A DNA stretch of 63,905 nucleotides, filler included, from Malassezia furfur (GCA_052055015.1; 7 parts of 7 records of this genome joined end to end with filler, not necessarily neighbours in it), one strand, 5' to 3'. Shown: positions 10,987 through 21,666, numbered from the whole stretch's first letter. Numbers and translations are program-made. Notes: generated from the letters alone by a model not told the origin.

Positions 10987-13227
10987 CTACGACGGGTGCA
11001 GCGCAAGCGGCTGCGCGCTATAGACGTCCAACGTGCGGCGCGTGCCAGGCGGGCTCACAAGCACCGTATAGTTTCCCGCGGGCAGCATGCGCATCTGCAG
11101 CGCAACACACGTCGACACAGGCGACTCGGGCGCCGCCGAGGCCAGGGCCGTATGCACATCGTACACAGACACGTGCAGCGCCTCGGCCTCGTCGCTACTC
11201 ACCACCAGCTCGACGCTCATCGGGCGCTCAAGCATAAGCTCCCAGCGAGTATCGCTGATTGCCGTGCGGTGGTACATCCCGGCGCCCTCGGCGGGCAGGC
11301 GCTCCACGTCGATCGGTGCGCTGCACTCGACCGTCAGTGCAAAGCGCGCATGCGCCGGCGCGAGCGTAGACAGGATCAGGGTATAGTCGCCAGGCTGGAC
11401 CGCCGGCACGTCGCACAGCGCTAGGCCTCGTGTGTAGGGGCCACTGCTCGTGATGAGCGCCGGCGGGCCAAGGTAGGTGATACGCTGCTTGCCGCGGACG
11501 AGCGCAAGTTGGACCGGCAGCTGCGCCTGCGTCGTCACACGCACCACCAGCTGCGGCAGGCTGCCCGGGACCGAATGCACCATGACAGCGTACTGGGGAT
11601 TGTGCCGGAACCGCGCCGAGAGCGCATGCCCGCCTTCGCCCTGCCACGCGCCGTGGAGCTGCGCACGATGCGTCAGCATCGCCGGCATGCGCTGCAGCGT
11701 AAAGGGACTCTGCGAAAAAACGCGCAGCGAGTACAACGGAAAAGGGCGCATTGCGGATCCATGCCGCGACACAGCCAGCGTGTAGTGTGCAGCATCGGCC
11801 TGCGCGGTGATGCGCAGCAGCGTGTGTCGACCATCGACGTACACGCCCATCTCGCCCCCGTGCTCTACATGCGCAAGCTTGCGCTGGGCGTTGGTCTGGA
11901 AGGCATGCACGGCAATGTACTCGGGCGTCTCACGCGCATCGTACATCCGGTGCCGCTCCAGATGCACAAACAGTTCCTGCGAACCCGGCGGGAGCTCGAG
12001 ATGGTACTGGTCGCTCACTGCCGTCTCGACATGGTCGGGGCATACTCCGGCGTCGGCGCTCCAGTCCCACGACGCATGCGCCGCATCGGTGTGCCCGAAC
12101 GCGTCCGGGTTCCAGTTCACGGCAATCGTGTCGAAGAGCGCACAGACCTCTTCCCATGCACACGCCAGTATGGCAGGGGTATCGTCCACGGCAAACGGCG
12201 CGGATGCCCCTTGCGTCTTCCACGGATTGACGAGCGTCACAGTCCGTTCGCCGTTGCGTTCGTCGAGCGACAATATCGCATAGCAGTGGAGCGGAATAAA
12301 GGTGCGCAGCTGATCCGAGACAGTGGTATCCACCACGGCGCCAGTGCCGAGTGACAACAAACATGTGCCTTGTTGCCATGCACCGAGCAGGCGCTGCCAC
12401 GTCTTTTCGCGCTGAAAGCCGGGCGCATGCAGCGCAATGTGCTCCGGAATCCAGCCCGTGAGCATGTACAAGTCCGCAGCAGCGTCTGAGCCATGGAACG
12501 CATAGCTCGATCCGTGCGCAACCAGGAACGCCTTCTCGAGCAGCGCAGGCCATAGCTGAGGCGCCTCGCACGTCGAGGCACACACAAGGTTCCCCTTCGC
12601 ATCGATCGGAAGTTCGTCGTTGATAGTGATGCAGCGCCTCGCCCCATCGACAAACAACGACACAGCGTACACACCGTCGGCGCTTTGGCATGGATCCCCG
12701 CCGTGACGCGGATGCAGCGCACCATGCGCTAGCTGTGTATGCCACCGCGCGTCGTATTCCGCGGCAACTTCGAGCGCAGCAACAAAGGAGCAGTCTGTTA
12801 CAGCTCCCTGTCGAATATCGCCGCCGCGCACACGCACGTCGCGGCGAAAGACGGGCAGGGCGCTGCGTCCATACGAAGCGCCTTGCTCCACCTGCAACGG
12901 CGACAGAGCCGGATTCGACAGCGGCGCACCACTATGTGGCCAGAGCGGCCAGTTTTGTTCTTCATGCGCCGACAATGCAATGCGCGCACCCAGAGGGTGA
13001 TTAAGTGCGCGCTTGAGGCGCTCAGCGCGAGAGAGTAGACGCGAAGCAAGACGCTTGTGTTGCTCGGCGTCAGCGGCGTGCGCCTTGTTGGGTATACGAA
13101 GCAGATCCAGGTAGGCCTGTGCAGCGTTGGTATACAGCCGGAGCGCCTCGGCATAGGCGCCCTCCAGCTCCTGCTGCACCGCCAGCGACGCACACGCCCG
13201 TGCGCAGTCCACACCCCCAACCACCAT
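10987..13227 (-). CDS. palB: Calpain-like protease PalB/Rim13 (MIT + CysPc + calpain III domains)
   Basis: QGAVTDCSFVAAL catalytic Cys, WPALLEKA, LTGWIPE, HCYA His, NPW Asn, NPQY motif. Confidence 0.88.
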   Translation of the reverse strand: MVVGGVDCARACASLAVQQELEGAYAEALRLYTNAAQAYLDLLRIPNKAHAADAEQHKRLASRLLSRAERLKRALNHPLGARIALSAHEEQNWPLWPHSGAPLSNPALSPLQVEQGASYGRSALPVFRRDVRVRGGDIRQGAVTDCSFVAALEVAAEYDARWHTQLAHGALHPRHGGDPCQSADGVYAVSLFVDGARRCITINDELPIDAKGNLVCASTCEAPQLWPALLEKAFLVAHGSSYAFHGSDAAADLYMLTGWIPEHIALHAPGFQREKTWQRLLGAWQQGTCLLSLGTGAVVDTTVSDQLRTFIPLHCYAILSLDERNGERTVTLVNPWKTQGASAPFAVDDTPAILACAWEEVCALFDTIAVNWNPDAFGHTDAAHASWDWSADAGVCPDHVETAVSDQYHLELPPGSQELFVHLERHRMYDARETPEYIAVHAFQTNAQRKLAHVEHGGEMGVYVDGRHTLLRITAQADAAHYTLAVSRHGSAMRPFPLYSLRVFSQSPFTLQRMPAMLTHRAQLHGAWQGEGGHALSARFRHNPQYAVMVHSVPGSLPQLVVRVTTQAQLPVQLALVRGKQRITYLGPPALITSSGPYTRGLALCDVPAVQPGDYTLILSTLAPAHARFALTVECSAPIDVERLPAEGAGMYHRTAISDTRWELMLERPMSVELVVSSDEAEALHVSVYDVHTALASAAPESPVSTCVALQMRMLPAGNYTVLVSPPGTRRTLDVYSAQPLALHPS

Positions 13228-13327
13228 GGCCGCAAGTTGTGGAGGTGGAGCCAACGGCCACAAAAATGCCCATGTGATTCGACACTCAAATCGTAACACG
13301 GCAGGTGCCAACCCAACCCACCTCTAT

Positions 13328-13627
13328 ACCTGTCATGGGTGCAACGAAGGAATGAATCCTCCTGTGGCGCGCCCCACGCAATGTTAGCCGTTCCTATGGA
13401 TGATTGAGGTTGGCTGGCGCACTGGCGTGCTTCACAGCATGTCGGTCCCAGCTGTAAACGGGGGAGACTAAGGAGCCGTTCTGCGGCTTGTAGGATCAGT
13501 CGGTACTGCCGAGCACTCCACTCAACCGACCTCAGTCGCACGTATTCGTAGGGCTCTCGGTAAGCAGGGAGCACTTAGCTTGAAAGCGCGCCCAGGCCTC
13601 ATGAGGATTCAAACTGTTTCTTTTTTT
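13328..13627 (+). ncRNA. Structured Pol III RNA, probably signal recognition particle (SRP/7SL) RNA of non-canonical basidiomycete type
   Basis: 5' ACC-TGTCAT-GGGT (Alu UGU-motif-like); nested long-range helices TGAATCCTC/GAGGATTCA, GGCGCGC/GCGCGCC, CCTATGGAT/ATTCGTAGG, GATTGAGGTTGG/CCGACCTCAGTC with G-U pairs favouring the + strand; CAG-TCGG..CCG-AGCA helix-8-like motif; T7 terminator 13621-13627. Confidence 0.65.
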
Positions 13628-13652
13628 GCCACGTGCACTCGACTTATTGGTA

Positions 13653-14768
13653 ATGATTCCTGCCTGGAGGGCGAGCATCCGTGCGCCAGGTTGTCGCGCG
13701 TTTGCAGCGCACGCAACACTATGCACAAGCGCTGTCCGGCAAAGTGCATGGCCCACACCACCGCGCACGTCCGACGTGAGCATGAATACCTCAGGCCCCG
13801 TCTCGGTGGCGAGCCTTACGCGGCAGATGGCTGAGAAGAAACCCATCGTGTGCATAACCGCTTACGACTACCCCACTGGTCTGGCTGTCCGTGCGGCCGG
13901 CGCTGAGATCTGTCTTGTGGGCGACTCACTAGCGAATGTGGCATTGGGACATTCGTCCACACGGAGCCTCTCGCTCGAAGCGATGATTCACCACAGCACC
14001 GTCGTCCGTGATGCAATTCGGGCGAACGACTTGAAATACGACTCCCTATGTCCCCCTGAACCCCTCCTTGTTGTGGACATGCCGTTTGGAACATGCGAAG
14101 TTTCCGTCGAGGATGCAACGCGTAACGTGCTGCGGGTTGTGCAAGAGACGCAAGCACAAGCAGTCAAAATTGAGGGCTCGCGCGAGCTGGTGCCCCTCGT
14201 GGAGAAGCTCGCTACGTACGGGATCTCGGTCATGGCCCATGTCGGCTTGCAGCCGCAACGCTTTGGCGATGCCGCCTCGCTCCGTGTTCAGGCAGCACGG
14301 GCGGATAGCGCCTTTAAGCTGTTCGAGGACGTGCTTGCGCTGCAAGAAGCAGGCAGTTTTGCGATCCTGCTCGAGTGCGTACCATCGCGCATTGCCGAGG
14401 CGATCAGTGAGCACGTATCAATCCCTGTCATTGGAATTGGCGCAGGGCCTCACACGCACGGCCAAGTGCTGGTGGGTAGTGACCTGGTGGCCGATCTCGA
14501 GAGCCCTGCGCATGTCTCTGCGGCGCTGCGTACCCAGCCCCAGGACGTGCAAGGCGTGGATACACCAACCGAGTGGCCGGCGCCGCCCAAGTTTGTGCGC
14601 TCTTTTGCTCCTATGAGTTTAGGCGCTCTACGTATCCAGGCCTTCCGTGCATTTGCCGATGCAGTGCGCGCACGCACCTTCCCCGAAGTCACCCGCGAAG
14701 CGTACCGCATCAAGTCCGAGGAATTGGCCAAATTCCGGGCGATGCTGGAGGCGCGTCATAGCTCCTAA
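13653..14768 (+). CDS. ECM31: 3-methyl-2-oxobutanoate (ketopantoate) hydroxymethyltransferase, PanB family
   Basis: ITAYDYP, LVGDSL, VVDMPFG, VKIEG, HVGLQPQ, IGIGAG motifs; mitochondrial-type presequence. Confidence 0.93.
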   Translation: MIPAWRASIRAPGCRAFAAHATLCTSAVRQSAWPTPPRTSDVSMNTSGPVSVASLTRQMAEKKPIVCITAYDYPTGLAVRAAGAEICLVGDSLANVALGHSSTRSLSLEAMIHHSTVVRDAIRANDLKYDSLCPPEPLLVVDMPFGTCEVSVEDATRNVLRVVQETQAQAVKIEGSRELVPLVEKLATYGISVMAHVGLQPQRFGDAASLRVQAARADSAFKLFEDVLALQEAGSFAILLECVPSRIAEAISEHVSIPVIGIGAGPHTHGQVLVGSDLVADLESPAHVSAALRTQPQDVQGVDTPTEWPAPPKFVRSFAPMSLGALRIQAFRAFADAVRARTFPEVTREAYRIKSEELAKFRAMLEARHSS

Positions 14769-14804
14769 TGACTAGGTACGAATGTGGAGATGCACTCCAC
14801 CAGC

Positions 14805-16676
14805 ATGCGTCTCGTCTGGCTTCGCGGGGGAAGGGCGTCGTTGCATACGTCCGTACGTGCCGCAACGGCGCGGCCACCGTTGTTTCACCTGGAGAATGCG
14901 GCGATCCCACATGCCAAAAGTGTAGGTGGAACGCCAGCACAGGGTCTTTCGTGGACGATTGAAGACCTTGGGAAGGACCAGTGCTGGGCAGTCATTGGGC
15001 CGTCCGGCGAGACCGGCGGCGCAGTGCGGAATGCGCTTCGCGCGCTGCTTCTAGGAGAGTCGCGTGCGCGGCGAGCCGACGAGGACAAGTCACTTCATGC
15101 ACCCGCGCATCGTTTCCTAGAGTCAAGTGGACAGGCACCACAGCATGCCATTGCACATGTCTCATTTGGCACCCGTCCGTCGCAGAGCGGCGATTTTGTC
15201 GACTACTCTACGCGCTATGGCTCGATACGTGGCGAGGACCGTGTGACGCTACTCGAGAGCCTGCTGGAATCGCTGGGGGTGTACACAGGGATCGTCGCGC
15301 AGCAGCACATGCGCCCGGATCCACTGGCCCCCGACGACTCCGAGTCGGCGTCGGGCGTCGGATTGCTCAAGTGGCCCAACGAGGAGGCACGGCGCAAGGC
15401 CAAAGAAGATGCACATGCAGCCCTCGCACGAATTCGGGAAACTGCGCCCCTCTTGCACATCGATGAGGCGCTCCTGCAGCGCCCGGTCGTTGCACTGTCC
15501 AACGGACAGACACGCCGTGCGCGTATCCTGCGGGCGCTCGTATCGGGTGCTCAATTTGTGGTGCTGGATGAGCCGTTCACGGGTTTGGATCCAGTGACGC
15601 GCGACGACATATCCCGCCTCTTTTCTGAGGTGCATGGCGCGCGTCGTCCCCGACTCCTTTTGATTTTGCGCGAGCAGGACCAAGTGCCGTCGTTTATTAC
15701 GCACGCGCTTCGCATTGACGATGAGGGGCACATTGTGCATGGCCATATGGACGAGGTTGCCCCCGCCCCGTCAACGGCGTATGCACCCGGTAGCTATGAG
15801 CGTGTGCAGGCGAACTATGCGGCCGGCACCGGTGTCGGGGATGCGACGCAGCCGCCGGTGGTGGAGATGCACGACGTCTCGATCGAATATGGCGGTGTGC
15901 GTGTGCTGAACAACATTTCGCTGACGCTACGCCCCGGCGCGCGTCTCGTGCTGGTGGGAGACAATGGCAGTGGAAAGACGACGCTGCTGTCACTGCTGCT
16001 TGGCGATAACCCCCGGTCGTACGCGCTGGACGCGTCGCAGCTCGCGCTGTTTGGCGCGGCACGCGATGCTCCGCGCAACGCACATGTGCTTCTGCAGCGC
16101 CGGATGGGCCACCTGTCACCGGAGCTCTTCAACGCGTTCCCGCGGCGCAGTCTCGAAGCGGGCGGGCTGACAGTCGAGGAGGCCGTCGCGAGTGGCTTTG
16201 ACGGCATCTTCACGCGGCGCAAGCTGACACCCGAGCGCCGGGCGCGCGTGCACCAGCTGCTGGGTCTGTTTGTGGACGTCCTGGTGGCACACGAGCAGCA
16301 CTCGACCGGTGCGGCGTTTGGCGGGGTTGAGGCACTGGCCGAGTCGTCGTTTGCCTCGCTCACGCACGGGTCCCAGGCGCTGGTCCTGCTGCTCCGTGCG
16401 ATTGTGCATCGGCCGCAGTTTGTGGTGCTCGACGAGCCGTTCCAGGGGATGAGTGCGAAGCAGTCGGCGCGTGCGCGCGAGTTTCTTGACGGCGGCGTGG
16501 TGCCGACGAGCGACGGCTTCTGGATGGAGGGGCTGTCTGAGGAGGAGCAGGCGCAGGAACGCTCGTGGCGGCAAAAGTTAGTCCTGGTCATGGTGAGCCA
16601 CTACCATAGCGAGTGGCTCTTGTCATGTGGCCGCCTGCTGCGTTTGCAGCGCGGGCATGCCGTAGAGCAGCTGTAG
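14805..16676 (+). CDS. Soluble double-NBD ABC ATPase, ModF/YDR061W-like
   Basis: LSNGQ signature and LDEPFTGLD in NBD1 (Walker A degenerate), GDNGSGKT and LDEPFQGM in NBD2; no TM domain; start could also be 14790. Confidence 0.8.
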   Translation: MRLVWLRGGRASLHTSVRAATARPPLFHLENAAIPHAKSVGGTPAQGLSWTIEDLGKDQCWAVIGPSGETGGAVRNALRALLLGESRARRADEDKSLHAPAHRFLESSGQAPQHAIAHVSFGTRPSQSGDFVDYSTRYGSIRGEDRVTLLESLLESLGVYTGIVAQQHMRPDPLAPDDSESASGVGLLKWPNEEARRKAKEDAHAALARIRETAPLLHIDEALLQRPVVALSNGQTRRARILRALVSGAQFVVLDEPFTGLDPVTRDDISRLFSEVHGARRPRLLLILREQDQVPSFITHALRIDDEGHIVHGHMDEVAPAPSTAYAPGSYERVQANYAAGTGVGDATQPPVVEMHDVSIEYGGVRVLNNISLTLRPGARLVLVGDNGSGKTTLLSLLLGDNPRSYALDASQLALFGAARDAPRNAHVLLQRRMGHLSPELFNAFPRRSLEAGGLTVEEAVASGFDGIFTRRKLTPERRARVHQLLGLFVDVLVAHEQHSTGAAFGGVEALAESSFASLTHGSQALVLLLRAIVHRPQFVVLDEPFQGMSAKQSARAREFLDGGVVPTSDGFWMEGLSEEEQAQERSWRQKLVLVMVSHYHSEWLLSCGRLLRLQRGHAVEQL

Positions 16677-16763
16677 ACGTACGCACCGTCCCTACTTACC
16701 CCGCACTCGGAAGATGGCGAATTTGGGCGGATGTGGAGAATGTGCCGAATTTACCGGATGAGC

Positions 16764-18592
16764 CTACTTCCACTCTATGATCCAGTCGTCGGCGATCAGC
16801 ACGCGCGGGTCGCGGATGACCAGCTCCGACGCGCGCATCTGGCTGCTATCGGTGTCCGAGTGCGCGACCTTCTCTGCGGCGTGCCACGCGAACTCGAGCG
16901 GCGTGGCGTTGCCATTGGTGTCGATCGCCGTGACCGACTTGGGCGCCTGCTCGAGGCCCAACACGACGATGCGCTCGACGCGCGCGCGCGTCGAGCGCAC
17001 GTACGCATTGTTGGCCACCTGGAGCGCCTCGCCGTGGCTCTCGAGCGACGAGGCCGCGAGGCGGTGCCGCCCGCTGTCCTGCTGGACGACCCACTGGCGC
17101 GCAATAAAGGCGTTCGCGTCGCGGTACGCAAACGTCTGCCCGTCGTCCATGTACAGCTCGCCGCGCGCGCGCACGCCGTGGCGGTTGCGCGCGAGTGCGA
17201 TGATCAGCGTGTACGGGTCGCCGTGCTGCAGCTCGGCGGCGCGGCGGTTGCGTGCGTGCGTGGGCACAATCGAGCCGCCGCGGAGCAGCACGGGCAGCTC
17301 GTGCGTGAGCGGCGCCGGGACGGTGACGTTGAGCCCGGTGGGCGCGCCGCGGTACTCGTGCTTGGTATAGTAGTGGTAGTAGCGCTGGTCCTCGGCGAGG
17401 TACACCTGCACGCTCTTGGCGCCGCGCACGACGGGCGGCTTGACGAGCAGGCCGGCGTCGCCGACGTAGAACTGGTCGTCGATCGCAAAGCCGTGCGTGT
17501 CGAGCGGGAAGAGGAGGTGCTGCGGGCGGAGCACGGGCTGGCCGGTGGTGCCGCTCTTCCAGAACGCCGTGTACCACACCGGGAGCAGCTGGTAGCGCAG
17601 CTGCAGCAGCCGGCGCAGCGCGTCGCGCGTCGCGCCCTGGTACAGGTACGGCTCGCGGCGCTTGGTGTCGATGTGGGCGTGCGCACGGAAGAACGGCTCA
17701 AAGATCCCGGCCTGGTACCAGCGCACGAGCAGCTCCTCGTCGGGGTTGCCGAAGAACCCGCCGATGTCCGCGCCGCAGAAGCTCATGCCGCCCAGGCCGT
17801 TCTGCAGGAGCATGGCGACGGTGCCTGCAAAGTGCTCCCACGTGCCGAGGTTGTCGCCGGTCCACACCGCGCCGAAGCGCTGCGAGCCGAGCCACCACGC
17901 GCGGCTCAGCACGAACGGCCGGCGCTCGATACCCGGCTGGCCGTGCGCGTCGGTGGTGCCGAGCTCGCGGCGCGTGAGGCCGATCGCGGTGAGGTTCTGC
18001 AGGATCATGCCGTTGAGGTTGTGGATGTCGCGGTTCTCCCAGTGCGGGTAGTGGATCACGTCCTTCGGCGAGGTCACCTCGGGGCCCGTGAAGATCGCCG
18101 GCTCGCTCATGTCGTTCCAGATGAACACGTTGCGCGCGTTGGCCTCGAGCTTCTTGGTGGCGAGCAGGTGCTGCTCGATCCACCATGGCCACGTCTTGGG
18201 GTTGAACACGTCGACCCAGCTCGCGTCGCCGCTCCAGCACACCGCCTCGTAGTCCGACTGGCCATCTGCGTTGCGCACGAGCAGGCCCTTTTCCTTCGCC
18301 TCGTTGTACAGGTAGTAGTTCTTGGTCTTTTTCAGGTGGGGGTCGATGATGATGACGAGCTTGCGCCCGCGCTCGTCGAGCGCACGCACCATCCCCGCGG
18401 GGTCCTTGAACGCGTGCTTGTCCCACACGCCGTACATGTGGTCCTTGCTCCACTCAATGTCGAGCCACATGACGTCCATCGGCATGTCGGCCTCGTCAAA
18501 GTCCTCACTGACGTGCACGACGTCCGCGTCGGTCAGGTAGTTCCAGCGCGACTGGTGGTAGCCGAGCGCAAAGTACTGCGGCAGCGCCGTGC
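16764..18592 (-). CDS. ROT2: ER glucosidase II alpha subunit (GH31), 5' truncated
   Basis: DVMWLDIE, WNDMSEP, WTGDN, GADIGGF, FFRAHAHIDTKRREP motifs. Confidence 0.9.
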
Positions 18593-18692
18593 NNNNNNNN
18601 NNNNNNNNNNNNNNNNNNNNNNNNNNNNNNNNNNNNTTAATTAATTAANNNNNNNNNNNNNNNNNNNNNNNNNNNNNNNNNNNNNNNNNNNN
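18593..18692. other. Artificial contig linker
   Basis: Same 100-nt spacer. Confidence 0.97.
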
Positions 18693-18983
18693 CAGTGGGG
18701 CACTGCGCGCCCCGTGGGCCAGGCGGCGCTGCCTGTAGCCCCGGTGCGCGATGCCGGTGCGCCGTACGGCGACGACGCCGCCCTGTACGACGCCGCCGAC
18801 GCCTTCTACCAGCCCGCCGACGCGCCCTACGCACCGGACGCACCCGACGCACCCGACCCATCCGAATACACCCCGCACGTCCTCTACGACGACCCGGCCG
18901 CACGCAAAGAACGCACGCGCCTCCTCGCCCTCGTCGATGGGCCGCCGCCCAAGCGTCAGCGGGGGCGCGCAGTGCCCCACTGA
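18693..18983 (+). CDS. C-terminal fragment of an unidentified Pro/Ala/Asp-rich protein
   Basis: Frame open from the contig start with GC3-rich codons; ends in an NLS-like PPPKRQR. Confidence 0.4.
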   Translation, partial: QWGTARPVGQAALPVAPVRDAGAPYGDDAALYDAADAFYQPADAPYAPDAPDAPDPSEYTPHVLYDDPAARKERTRLLALVDGPPPKRQRGRAVPH

Positions 18984-19818
18984 AACACGGCAAGCAGCAC
19001 CCACTGTGCACGCTCGCCGATGTCGCCCATCTCGTCGTCCACACGCTGCCACGCGCGTGTCGTACCGTCGAAGCGCCGCTCGTATACGCCGCCATACGGC
19101 GCGTCCGCGGCATACTCCAGCCCCGCGGCCAGCGCCGCGTCCAAAAACCGCGCAATCGCGGGGCGGCCCGTGTGGAAGCCGGCCACCAGCACGAACCGCG
19201 CGTCGCGCGTGTGCGCGAGCAGCGCCGTGACCGTCGCGAGGAGTGCATCGTGCATCGAAGATACCCATAGCACGTCGGCGGCCACAACCAAGTCGGCCTG
19301 CCCATGTGTCTGTACAAAACTGCCCTGTGAGCCCGTGCGACGTACGAATCGAGCGCCTCGCCCCATGCCAGGCCCGCGACGTCGAGCGCAAGGGGCGCGG
19401 GCGCCTGCGCCTGCAGCGCCGCCGCGTTCTCGCGCAGGTTGGCAAGGATCTCGGGGTCGGGGTAATCTGTCACCGTCGTATGCCGCGCGCCGAGCGCCGC
19501 GGCCGCCAGCGACGGCAGGCCCGTGCCCGCGCCGAGCTCGACGACCGTGCGCCCGCGTACATCGGCCCACGCAGGCGTGTCGGCCAGCACCTCGGCCAGG
19601 TAGACGCCCGCGTCCCACTGGTGGTGCGCAAAGAGCTTGGTGTTGGCGCTGCTCGCGTCCGCAATGCGGTACGCGATCTGCCGCACACCGTCGCGCGCAC
19701 ACCACGCCGGCAGCGCCGCGTGCGTCCACACGTCGCGCGAGCCGGGGTCGCCACGTGCCGGCTGGTGGTGCGCAAACACGGTGAACAAGGCGTCCTCAAA
19801 AATGTCCAGGTCGGCCAT
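18956..19818 (-). CDS. SAM-dependent protein methyltransferase, Nnt1/Efm7 (METTL21-like) family; intron 19320-19345
   Basis: LFAHHQWDAG, VVELGAGTGLPS, TDYPD, AADVLW, AGFHTGR motifs. Confidence 0.82.
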
Positions 19819-19869
19819 GCGCCTAGTCGAAGAAATGCGGCCCAATTTACGGAAGTGGAGGAAGAATCG

Positions 19870-21552
19870 CTATTCCATGTTCTCGTCCGACTCGGCGTCG
19901 TCTTCTACCTGGACAACGTCGGGGCGCGCCCCTTCCCCATCCTCCTCGTCCAGACGCGGCACAGAGACAGGCGCCGCGTGACGGTCCGCGTACTGGTCCA
20001 TCCGGCGCAGCCGGTCACCAAACGTCCGGCGCATGCCGGGGTTCGACAGCGTATCCCAGATCTGCAGCTTGCCGTTCGAGCCACCCACTGCGACAGTGAG
20101 CGGGTCGTTCGGCGAGAAACTCGCCGTGAACACCTTGCCCACGTCCAGGTCGCGCGCCGCGACCAGATTGATGCTCCGCGGCTTCGCCGCGCCTTCGTCC
20201 TCCACACTCCACAATTTCACCTGGCGGTCGGTGCCGCCGGTGAGCAGGCAGCCGGGGATGTGCGGCGAGATGTCGAGCGTCGTGCACGCTGCGTCGTGCG
20301 CAACAAGCGTGAACTGCGCAGCATCGGACGTGAGCGTCGACGAGAGCTGCCGCGCGTCAAACCCTTGCACGACACCGTTCTCCATCGCGACCACAAACGA
20401 CTCGTTTTTCCACCCGTTCCAGCGCACGGCCTCCACATCCGCGCCGATCCCGGCCACGAGCGCCTGCTCGGGCATGCGCGTGTCAAACACACGGATCGTC
20501 TTGTCGTAGCTACCCGTGAGCAGCACCGCAGGGTTCGCGGCCCCGGACGAGACTCCGGCGCCGCTCACCTGCCACGCGACGCTCTGCACCTTGTCGGTGT
20601 GCACCTGGAAACTGCGCAGCGCCGTCGCGTCCGCGCCACTCGCGGGGCGCGACAGATCCCAGATCTTGACCGTGGTGTCCGCCGATGCAGACGCCAGCAG
20701 GTTCCGCACCTGCCGGTTCCACGAGAGACTCAGCACCGCATCGACGTGGTACGCCGCGTTGGGGACGCGCGCCTTGGGCTGCTTGCGCTTTTTCTTGCCC
20801 GTGCCTGCCGGGCCCTCGAGCGCACTCGTGGCGTCCTTGCGGCCAAGCACCGCGTCAGGGTACACGCCCTCGATCGTGTCCATGTCCCAGATCTCAATCT
20901 CGGGATCCATCGTACCGACGGCGACAAAGTTGCCCATCGTGCCCGCGGCACGGCGCGGCGTCCCATCCGCACCGTCCGTCACGGGCGCAGGCGCATAGTC
21001 AAGCCACTCGAGGTGCAGTGGGAACGCGGGGAGCAGCAGGTCGTGGTGCACGTAGAGGTTCTGGTCCTGCGCCGAGTACAGGTACGCCTCGATCATCGAG
21101 ATATCGTCCTCCGTCTTGGAAACATACACCAGATTGTCGGTCGGCAGCACCTCGAGCTGCTCGCGCTCCTCCTCCTCGTCCACGGCGTCGTCCTGCAGCG
21201 AGACGTACGGGTCGTCGTCATTCGTACGGTACGCAGACAGACCGCGGATGTTGCTCAGCGCACCCAGCGCAATGCTCTGACTCGGCTCCTCATCGTACGA
21301 ATCCAGGCGGTAGCGACTCAGGTCGTCGGGGTCGTTGTTCGTGTCCTCTTCCTCCATAGCCTCGTCACTGTCATCGACGTCTTCCCAGCCGTCTCCCGAC
21401 GCCTGTTGCGCCGCCGAAAGCTGCAGATTCGCATCGTTCAGCTCCCTGTTTGCGAGCCGGCTCACACGTGCAAGCTCGGCCTCGTCTAGCTCCTGCTTCT
21501 TGGGATGCCGCGCGGCAAGACCGCGGCTCACCCAGGCCGCCGACGAAATCAT
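19870..21552 (-). CDS. PWP1: Periodic tryptophan protein 1 (WD40 ribosome biogenesis factor)
   Basis: MISSAAWVSRG start, NLYVHHDLLLPAFPL.LEW, GNFVAVGTMDPEIEIWD, WD repeats. Confidence 0.92.
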   Translation of the reverse strand: MISSAAWVSRGLAARHPKKQELDEAELARVSRLANRELNDANLQLSAAQQASGDGWEDVDDSDEAMEEEDTNNDPDDLSRYRLDSYDEEPSQSIALGALSNIRGLSAYRTNDDDPYVSLQDDAVDEEEEREQLEVLPTDNLVYVSKTEDDISMIEAYLYSAQDQNLYVHHDLLLPAFPLHLEWLDYAPAPVTDGADGTPRRAAGTMGNFVAVGTMDPEIEIWDMDTIEGVYPDAVLGRKDATSALEGPAGTGKKKRKQPKARVPNAAYHVDAVLSLSWNRQVRNLLASASADTTVKIWDLSRPASGADATALRSFQVHTDKVQSVAWQVSGAGVSSGAANPAVLLTGSYDKTIRVFDTRMPEQALVAGIGADVEAVRWNGWKNESFVVAMENGVVQGFDARQLSSTLTSDAAQFTLVAHDAACTTLDISPHIPGCLLTGGTDRQVKLWSVEDEGAAKPRSINLVAARDLDVGKVFTASFSPNDPLTVAVGGSNGKLQIWDTLSNPGMRRTFGDRLRRMDQYADRHAAPVSVPRLDEEDGEGARPDVVQVEDDAESDENME

Positions 21553-21666
21553 CGCGTGGGCCAACCACCAAAAAAAAAAAAAAGTGGAGGACTGACTTCG
21601 CTGTTTTCGCGCGCACATTTTTCTTCTTCCTACTCGCTCGTGCCTTCGGACCCCGCAACGACGACC

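Noticed and set aside
13460..13510. GAGACTA...CAGTCGG resembling group I intron P7 (R/S) elements
   Set aside because: There is no P4-P6 core or host exon context, and the rod-like fold with a Pol III terminator fits an SRP-type RNA better.
16693..16701. TACTTACC resembling the U1 snRNA 5' end
   Set aside because: It lies in an 87-nt convergent spacer with no U1 stem-loops.
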